Shown: one piece after another, positions 1-6,182 of the stretch
How positions within the stretch are numbered: position 1 is the stretch's first letter
How the letters are laid out: each line of letters opens with the position of its first letter
DNA from: Candidatus Hydrogenedentota bacterium
Lineage (GTDB): Bacteria; Hydrogenedentota; Hydrogenedentia; Hydrogenedentales; GCA-2746185
DNA: 11,501 nucleotides
Assembly (NCBI GenBank): GCA_046583315.1
Contig: JAYGCN010000203.1
Coordinates: 1-11,501, forward strand
Direction: 5' to 3'
Position numbers and translations under genes: made by a program
Notes under the pieces: model-generated
What the model saw: the letters and a program-made list of their open reading frames with translations, nothing else
What the model was told of the DNA's origin: nothing
The model's database searches: none

Positions 1-16
1 CGACGCTCTTCCGATC
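1..16 (+). other. Probable Illumina TruSeq adapter remnant (technical artefact)
   Basis: Bases 1-16, CGACGCTCTTCCGATC, match the adapter ...ACACGACGCTCTTCCGATCT at the very start of the window. The next base is A rather than T. Confidence 0.75.
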
Positions 17-28
17 ATCCGGAAGGTC

Positions 29-42
29 CCGTCCGGCAGGAC
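29..42 (+). repeat. Hairpin repeat copy 1 (CCGTCCGGCAGGAC)
   Basis: Identical 14-mer at 865-878. Internal stem-loop GTCC-GGCA-GGAC. Confidence 0.7.
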
Positions 43-79
43 TGCAACCCCCTTGTCAGGTATACAGGAGGACATCACC

Positions 80-811
80 ATGAGCGATACGATCACCCAA
101 TCTACCCGAACCACCCAACGCGGCACGCCCTGCTCCAAAAAGTGGGAACCCGACTGGTGCGAGACCGTTGAGGCGACCGAAGACAAGCTGAATCGACGCT
201 GTTGCGGGGCGCATGCACCCGACGGCATGCCCTGCCAACTGCAATCCAACCATAAAAACGGGCGATGCCGATTCCACGGGGGTATCGACGGCATAGGCGC
301 ACCCAAAGGCAACACCAACGCGCAGCTCCACGGACTGTACAGTCGCCGACTGCGCCAATGCGGCAGCCACTGTCCCCAATGGAAGACCTGTTTATTCGCA
401 GGCAAAGATGTCGAACGTCTCGACCCCAAAAAACGTCCGATTTGCGCCTACGAACAACAAGAATACGACCTGCTCAACAAACTCGATGAACAATCCAACC
501 CGAAAAAACCCGGATACGTCGATCCCAACGCGCATCCCCACCCGCACCTTTCCCACGTAGCGTCCCTGCGCGAAAACCTCCATATGTTACAAGTCATGAT
601 CACCCGCGCCAACGTCACCCTATCCTTCGCCACCAACACCCAGGAAGTCAGCGTCACCAGTAAAAACTACAACATGACCACCACCAAACCCAGCGCATCC
701 CTCCAGGCATTACAGATCCTCACAAGAGAATACCACTGCACCCTAAACACCCTGAAGAGATTCGTCGATCACTATCAACTCCCAACACCTAACCCCGTTC
801 TTTCTTCTTAG
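80..811 (+). CDS. HGGxSTG-domain-like Cys/His-rich protein (family usually linked to phage terminase small subunits)
   Basis: Contains CCGAHAPDGMPC...NGRCRFHGGIDGIGAPKGNTNAQLHGLYS and a second Cys cluster, CGSHCPQWKTC...IC. ATG at 80 follows AGGAGG and is preferred over the TTG at 53. Confidence 0.75.
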   Translation: MSDTITQSTRTTQRGTPCSKKWEPDWCETVEATEDKLNRRCCGAHAPDGMPCQLQSNHKNGRCRFHGGIDGIGAPKGNTNAQLHGLYSRRLRQCGSHCPQWKTCLFAGKDVERLDPKKRPICAYEQQEYDLLNKLDEQSNPKKPGYVDPNAHPHPHLSHVASLRENLHMLQVMITRANVTLSFATNTQEVSVTSKNYNMTTTKPSASLQALQILTREYHCTLNTLKRFVDHYQLPTPNPVLSS

Positions 812-826
812 GAAAGAAGAAAGAAC
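797..826. repeat. Perfect 13-bp inverted repeat spanning the stop codon of the HGGxSTG gene
   Basis: GTTCTTTCTTCTT (797-809), loop AGGA, AAGAAGAAAGAAC (814-826). Confidence 0.8.
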
Positions 827-859
827 CAAAGAAGAACCGATACGATGCTCTGCGCCTAT

Positions 860-878
860 ATATACCGTCCGGCAGGAC
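860..878 (+). repeat. Hairpin repeat copy 2 (ATATACCGTCCGGCAGGAC)
   Basis: 14/14 match to 29-42 and 17/19 match to 3198-3216. Confidence 0.7.
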
Positions 879-927
879 CTCTGCGCCATCACGCGCCACA
901 GGGTGTCCCGAGGCGGTAATGTCGATG

Positions 928-957
928 TTGACGAAAGGATATAGATAAATGTAAGGT
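928..957 (+). promoter_or_regulatory. Putative sigma70-type promoter for the EEP gene
   Basis: TTGACG (928-933), 18-nt spacer, TAAGGT (952-957) in an AT-rich stretch. RBS GGAGG at 982-986. Confidence 0.4.
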
Positions 958-991
958 TTAACCTTCCTATTTTCGTAAAACGGAGGTTACG

Positions 992-2173
992 ATGCCAGCA
1001 AGATTGTACGCGATAATCATCACTCTTTTATTCGCGTTTCCTGCCGTGGCCCAGACCTATTCATTCCCGTTTCCACCTGCAGCCGACCATTTACGTGTCA
1101 TGGCTTGGAATCTCGAGTTCTTTAACTCACGTGTGCCTGCCCGCACTTCGGAACAGCTCGACGATCTGGCACAACGCATTATCGAAACGGGCGCCGCGGT
1201 CATCGCGCTCCAGGAAATGAACCAGATTCCCGCGCTCAACGATCTTCGCGACCACATGGGAAACCCTTGGGCCGTTCTCACCGAGGATTTCGGAGGGGGC
1301 CTGCCCCAACAGAATGCGTTTCTCTACGACACCAGCAAGGTAACTATTTCGGATACCTTGTTCGTTAACATCCATGATGGTGTAACGTATCCACATGAGT
1401 GGACCTATCGTTCGCCCGTTACGGCTGTATTCTCGCACGTGGGCGACCCAAGCGTGAAGTTTCGGGTCATCGGAATACACGGTAGCTGGCAAACCGCAGA
1501 ATTCCGCGATGACCAAGGCTTTTGGCTCGCGGATTACGTCGACGCCCTCGTCGCAGACCAGAATGAGCCGCACGAAATCATCCTTCTCGGCGATTACAAT
1601 GGCACGATCCCCGCGGCGCCGCACAATGGCATAATCTCGGGCGGCGACCTCACAGACGTTCCGAAACGAAACGGCGATGATACCACGATATATCCCGGCT
1701 TGAAGCTCGACTACATCTATGGGACTCTATCGGCCAAAGATCGGCTTAGCGATCCCACGTCATTCGTTGTTCGACCGGAGTACTACGGAGAAACAGGCGC
1801 CCAGTTCAAAGACACCTACAGCGACCACCTGCCCGTGTTCGTCGACTACCGCGTTGTGGATATTCCGCAAGGGCCCACCGATGTCGTACATGTCGATTTT
1901 GCGAATTACGGTATCCAAAATGGCGCTTCCGCCACGCCCTGGAATACCTTGGCAGAAGCACTCGGAGTCGTCGATTTCGGCGGCCAGGTCAACATCAAGG
2001 GCAATACCGACGATAGCGATTCTTCCGAAACATTTACCAGCGGCCAAGTCATCAACCAGGCCGTCACCATCGATGCCCTCAACGGCTCGGTGACCGTTGG
2101 CGCTCCACCAGCAGACCCCTCGCAGCCGAGCGCGGACGAGTCCTCCCAGACCGGGTTTGTAAGCAGGCCTTAA
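992..2173 (+). CDS. Secreted endonuclease/exonuclease/phosphatase (EEP) family protein with a small C-terminal accessory domain
   Basis: Signal peptide ending AVA-Q. EEP motifs RVMAWNLE, IALQE, ILLGDYN, LDYI and YSDHLPV. C-terminal region VHVDFAN...GASATPWNTLAEAL. Strong RBS. Confidence 0.9.
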   Translation: MPARLYAIIITLLFAFPAVAQTYSFPFPPAADHLRVMAWNLEFFNSRVPARTSEQLDDLAQRIIETGAAVIALQEMNQIPALNDLRDHMGNPWAVLTEDFGGGLPQQNAFLYDTSKVTISDTLFVNIHDGVTYPHEWTYRSPVTAVFSHVGDPSVKFRVIGIHGSWQTAEFRDDQGFWLADYVDALVADQNEPHEIILLGDYNGTIPAAPHNGIISGGDLTDVPKRNGDDTTIYPGLKLDYIYGTLSAKDRLSDPTSFVVRPEYYGETGAQFKDTYSDHLPVFVDYRVVDIPQGPTDVVHVDFANYGIQNGASATPWNTLAEALGVVDFGGQVNIKGNTDDSDSSETFTSGQVINQAVTIDALNGSVTVGAPPADPSQPSADESSQTGFVSRP

Positions 2174-2334
2174 TAGACGGGTATGGCGGTCAGTATATTG
2201 GCGCTTCTTTGCGCCTCTACGTGAGGCCGCCTCTGCAACGCGGCTGTAAATACACTCGGAGAAGGATACAGGAAGAAATGTGTAACCACTGACCGGGGAT
2301 GAGGCACAATGGAATAGTAGTCCGAATAAGCGAT

Positions 2335-2394
2335 GTTCTACTCTACAAGGTTCTACTCTACAAGGTTCTACACTACGACGTTCTACACTACAAC
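2335..2394 (+). repeat. Tandem repeat, 4 x 15 bp (GTTCTAC[T/A]CTAC[A/G]A[G/C])
   Basis: Contiguous units GTTCTACTCTACAAG, GTTCTACTCTACAAG, GTTCTACACTACGAC and GTTCTACACTACAAC. Confidence 0.9.
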
Positions 2395-2433
2395 CACCAA
2401 TAGGATCGCCAAACACACGGAGACTCATTAGCC

Positions 2434-3180
2434 ATGCGAACACTACTCACTCTAATCATCGCATCCACCCTCGCACTGCCCGCAATCGCGCAACAAAAGA
2501 GTGCCCCCGCCGACTCCCACGACAAAAAGCCCCTGACCATGCGCGAAGAAATGATGAAACGCACCTCCAGCGCGAAATACGCCGACATCCACGGATTCCG
2601 CGGCAACGGCCCCGCCCTGGGCATCCTCGCCCCCGACTTCATTTTCGAGCCCCTCAAACAATACGACTTCCAACTCCCCTCCCAAAAATCACCCGACTCC
2701 GTCCGACTCAGCGACTTCAAGGGACACAAGCCCGTCGTCCTTATCTTCGGGAGCTATACATGACCGCCATTCCGGAGCCAGGTTGGTTCCCTCGAGAGAA
2801 TGTCAAAAAAATACGCCGACGTAGCCCAGTTTCTCGTCGTGTACATCCGTGAAGCCCACCCCACAGAAGACTGGGCAATACGCGTGAGCAAAGACATCGA
2901 ATCTATCGACGACCCCACCACCCTCCTCGAACGTCGCGACGTAGCCATCTCTTGCGTCACGGATCTCAAAATCGACATCCCCACAGTCCTCGACGATATG
3001 AACGACTCCATCGCGCAAAACTACAAATCACACCCCGACCGACTCTACATCATCGGTAAAGACGGAAAGATAGCCTTCCACGGCGGCCCCGGGCCAATGG
3101 GCTTCAAGCCCAACACAATGGAGACTGCGCTGATTCAAGAACTCAAGAAAAACGGAGCCAAAATTCCCGCGACGAAATAA
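2434..3180 (+). CDS. Iodothyronine-deiodinase-like selenoprotein (thioredoxin fold), 248 aa, Sec at codon 110 (TGA 2761-2763), N-terminal signal peptide
   Basis: ORFs 2434-2763 and 2800-3180 are in the same frame, separated by a single TGA. Readthrough gives APDF...KPVVLIFGSYT-U-PPFRSQ...FLVVYIREAHPTEDW...DDMND...PDRLYII...GGPGPMGF, matching the deiodinase motifs FGSxTUPPF and YIxEAH. Confidence 0.92.
2774..2790 (+). promoter_or_regulatory. Bacterial SECIS-like hairpin
   Basis: GGAGCCA-GGT-TGGTTCC forms a 7-bp stem with one G-U pair and a GGU apical loop, after a 10-nt spacer from the UGA. Spacing and loop resemble the E. coli fdhF SECIS. Confidence 0.75.
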
Positions 3181-3197
3181 CATCCTCCCGCGGTTGA

Positions 3198-3216
3198 ATA
3201 TACCGACCGGCAGGTC
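3198..3216 (+). repeat. Hairpin repeat copy 3 (ATATACCGACCGGCAGGTC), between convergent genes
   Basis: 17/19 identical to 860-878. The two differences are a compensatory T-A to A-T swap in the stem. Confidence 0.65.
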
Positions 3217-3218
3217 AC

Positions 3219-4019
3219 TCAAGGCAAGAACTGTGTGCCTGTCATCTGGATGCGATACCCGATCGCATGCCATCGCACCCAGGGATCCGGATCATACCTG
3301 CGATTCCTAACGATCTCCATCGCCACCGCGCTACCCGGCACATGCGCGGTCACGTGATACATCGCATAGTCCCGCGCTTCCGACGAAGGATGACTATCCG
3401 ACACCCAGGCCATCATCTCATACGATTCATCATCCAGCCCCGGCATCTCCCTAATCGTGTGCATCAGCGAGATCGCGAACTGTTCCGAGTTTTCGTTTTC
3501 CGTCTCCACCGAATCCACGAGGCCGTCATAAAGCAACGCCTTGATCGCAGCCTCATCCTCTCCGACCAAGTCCCAGAACTCCCAATCCGCCATTCCCAAT
3601 TTATCCCGCCACTCCGGATAAACGAACCCGAATTTCATCCGCACGTCATGATGAACAAACTGCTTCAACGCCTCCATCCGTATCGCCGGATCATCATCCA
3701 ACATCAACGCAATATACGGCACCAGCGCTGTCGCATCCTTGAGATCAGCCAGCGTGTAGCCGGTCTCTGCATCCTCCGACACAGCGTCCGCCGCGAGCAC
3801 CAACTCTAATGGCTCGACAGTCTCTACAGGCGCAATCTCAACCACATCCGCAATGGAATCCGACTCCGCACCAACACGGAACGTAGGAGGCGGCGCATAC
3901 TCAATCGGCACCACAGTAACGTTCATCACAGCCTGAATCAGTAATGCCCCCGCAACCACAGCCGCCGCACAGATCCCAATCACAGCGCCCTTCCACCCGA
4001 ACCGTCGATCTTTCGCCAT
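3219..4019 (-). CDS. Hypothetical membrane-anchored protein with HEAT-like repeats
   Basis: Basic N-terminus followed by a hydrophobic helix (AVIGICAAAVVAGALLIQAV) and an acidic body. HEAT-like segments LMLDDDPAIRMEALKQF, DSHPSSEARDYA and YDPDPWVRWHAI. Confidence 0.75.
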   Translation of the reverse strand: MAKDRRFGWKGAVIGICAAAVVAGALLIQAVMNVTVVPIEYAPPPTFRVGAESDSIADVVEIAPVETVEPLELVLAADAVSEDAETGYTLADLKDATALVPYIALMLDDDPAIRMEALKQFVHHDVRMKFGFVYPEWRDKLGMADWEFWDLVGEDEAAIKALLYDGLVDSVETENENSEQFAISLMHTIREMPGLDDESYEMMAWVSDSHPSSEARDYAMYHVTAHVPGSAVAMEIVRNRRYDPDPWVRWHAIGYRIQMTGTQFLP

Positions 4020-4049
4020 ATCCGCAACATCCGATCACCAATCCATACT

Positions 4050-4608
4050 ACTCCGAAAAGACAACCCGTTACACGCCGATGGTGCCACCATTGGACCCCA
4101 AGGCGAATTCCAGTGGATCTTTGTGTGGATCGACAACCCGCCTGCGGGTGACTACCTACCGCCAGAACAACCCGCCATCCTCAGCCAGAAAAACTGCCGC
4201 TACGAACAGCCCGTGCTCGGATTCATGGCCGGACAGCCGCTGAAAATGCACAACAACGACGACACGACCCACAATGTGCGTGGATTCCCGAAGAACAACA
4301 AGCTTTTTAACTTCGGACAACCCCCCGGCTTACCTCCGCGCCACCGCACCTTCGAGAATCCGGAAAAACCCCTAAAGATCAAATGTGACGTGCATCGCTG
4401 GATGTTGTCCTATGCCTTCGTGATGGATCACCCCTTCTTTGCCGTCACCGATGAAGAAGGACACTTCCAAATCGACGGCCTGCCCGCCGGCACCTACACC
4501 GTGAAAACATGGCACGAAAAACTCGGTGAGCTCTCCCACGAAATCAACGTCGCTGCCGATCCGGTTTCCGGAGTCGCCTTCACCTACAAACGTCCCGTAA
4601 AAAAATAA
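4050..4608 (+). pseudogene. 5'-truncated cupredoxin-like / carboxypeptidase-regulatory-like domain protein
   Basis: Motifs QKNCRYEQPVLG, NNDDTTHNV, CDVHRWM and HPFFAVTDEEGHFQIDGLPAGTYTVKTWHE. Protein-like sequence (RKDNPLHADGATIGPQGEFQWIFVW) continues upstream of GTG 4123 with no start codon after the TGA at 3934-3936 and no signal peptide. The left boundary is approximate. Confidence 0.6.
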
Positions 4609-4611
4609 CAG

Positions 4612-5103
4612 TCAGCCCTTCATATTCACATACTGCAACGGCACGTCCAGATTTTTACCCTTTAACATCTCAATAACCGACTGCAAGTCGTCAATTTTTT
4701 TACCCGTAACACGAACCTGTTCATCCTGAATCTGGGCCTGAACTTTCAGCTTCTGTTCCTTGATGAGTTTGACGATCTTCTTCGCAAATTCCTTGTCGAT
4801 GCCTTCCAAGAGCGCGATATCGCGACGCACACCGCCATGCGACGTTCCCTGCTCCTCCTTGATGTCGAGCGCCTTTGGGTCCACCCCACGCTTCACCAAC
4901 GCCGCGCGCAAGGTATCTTCCACAGCCTTCATCAGCATCGAGTTGTCCGTCGTCGCACGAATCACCTTGGTCGCCTTGTCAAAGCTAATCTCCGTCTTCG
5001 TATTCCGGAAGTCATAACGGGTCGCGATCTGCTTCTTCGCATTGTTCACCGCGTTGTCGACTTCTTGCAGGTCAATCTTATTCACCACATCAAACGATGG
5101 CAC
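4612..5103 (-). CDS. yajQ: YajQ family cyclic di-GMP/nucleotide-binding protein, 163 aa
   Basis: MPSFDVVNKIDLQEVDNAVN...RYDF...KVQAQIQDEQVRVTGKKIDDLQ...PLQYVN. GTG start at 5103 with an AGGAGAAGG RBS. Confidence 0.95.
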   Translation of the reverse strand: MPSFDVVNKIDLQEVDNAVNNAKKQIATRYDFRNTKTEISFDKATKVIRATTDNSMLMKAVEDTLRAALVKRGVDPKALDIKEEQGTSHGGVRRDIALLEGIDKEFAKKIVKLIKEQKLKVQAQIQDEQVRVTGKKIDDLQSVIEMLKGKNLDVPLQYVNMKG

Positions 5104-5119
5104 AATCCTTCTCCTTCTC

Positions 5120-5415
5120 TTAGGGCTTCTTCCAATACTCCGGAAGGCTCGGCTTCGTCTCCAGCACGATCTCCACAATCGCCTTACGCGTCTCGACATC
5201 CAGATGCGCGTATCGTGCGTCGGTCTCTTCCCCAGAGAGTACCTTCCAGAGCCGATCATATACAAACTCCAACATGTCCGGCGGCAATGCATCGAACTGC
5301 TCCGTGTAGATGAGATAACTCAGCGGATACTGAAACAGTCGCATCTCCAAATCCAGAGCGCGCAACCTTCGGCCCTGTTATCGGCGAGACCGTATGTGCC
5401 GAAGGTATCGGCGAA
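5120..5415 (-). pseudogene. Frameshifted C-terminal remnant of a conserved hypothetical protein
   Basis: QGRRLRALDLEMRLFQYPLSYLIYTEQFDALP...ETKPSLPEYW resembles, from memory, the C-terminus of a larger hypothetical family seen in Planctomycetota and Acidobacteriota. Adding one base near 5378 joins FADTFGTYGLAD to it. There is no room for the N-terminal part before 5505. Confidence 0.6.
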
Positions 5416-5504
5416 GGGTGGAGGCGGTGCGTGCATTCGGATCGCGCTCCAGGATTTTGTCCATCACGGCCTGATCTTTCAGTGCGAAGCGGGTCTCGAA
5501 ATAG

Positions 5505-6155
5505 CTACTCTTGATTCAATGACTCCGAAACACGCTCGGCATCGGAAGCATCAATCAGTCCTTCCTCGGCGTCTGGATGCTCACTTCCACCAATCATGTG
5601 CTGAAGCTGGAGCCGCTTCTTGGTGAGGGGTCCTCCATCCAACGAGACACCCATACGCGCATCAATAATTTGGTAGAAAAACTTCTGACCGGGACCCTGA
5701 TTTACTTGCAAGGTGCCGTTCAAAATCACGGGTTCATTATGAATCCAGGTCGTCTCCCCTTCTGCCATTTGAATGAACATTACGTCGCGCGGCGGCGGCA
5801 TGGAACAGAAATAACACTCGAGCGGGATCGGTAGCATCAAAAAATTCGTGATGTTCCGAAACTGAGCCTGTGCAACCTGGAATCCGATAAGATTGACATG
5901 GATTCCATCTTTCTCAAGAAGGTGTTCGCAAAATGTCCCCCCTTTGCGAAGAGAGCCTTTCGTTTTGCGCATGTGTTTCCACTCAAGGACGATATCTCCC
6001 TTTTCGATGCGTTCTGCTTCCAAGGTCAGAAGGAGTGCTTCGAATTCTTGGGCCATACCCTGACGACTCAATTGACCATTAAGCAATGCGACCACAACAA
6101 TGATTACGATAGCACCAAAGAAGATTGTCAGGTCTCGTTTCGTTCTGCGTTTCAT
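5505..6155 (-). CDS. DUF3299-domain membrane-anchored protein
   Basis: N-terminal TM helix, then LEKDGIHVNLIGF...FLMLPIPLECYFCSMPPPRDVMFI (CxxC-PPP). Lies downstream of an ABC ATPase and permease, the usual DUF3299 context. Confidence 0.75.
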   Translation of the reverse strand: MKRRTKRDLTIFFGAIVIIVVVALLNGQLSRQGMAQEFEALLLTLEAERIEKGDIVLEWKHMRKTKGSLRKGGTFCEHLLEKDGIHVNLIGFQVAQAQFRNITNFLMLPIPLECYFCSMPPPRDVMFIQMAEGETTWIHNEPVILNGTLQVNQGPGQKFFYQIIDARMGVSLDGGPLTKKRLQLQHMIGGSEHPDAEEGLIDASDAERVSESLNQE

Positions 6156-6182
6156 TTGAATTCTCTCCGACTCAACATTTTA

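Noticed and set aside
80..811. Prophage packaging module
   Set aside because: No terminase large subunit, portal, capsid or integrase gene is visible in the window.
2335..2394. CRISPR array (TTCTACT resembles part of Cas12a repeats)
   Set aside because: Units are 15 bp and contiguous with no spacers or palindromic stem, and there are no cas genes in the window.
1760..2443. 227-aa minus-strand ORF with VEPCR repeats
   Set aside because: It is mostly antisense to the EEP gene, and its repeats simply reflect the 15-bp tandem repeat.
5104..5292. N-terminal extension of YajQ in the 226-aa ORF call
   Set aside because: The canonical MPSFD start with a strong RBS is at 5103. The extension is an off-frame reading of the upstream remnant.
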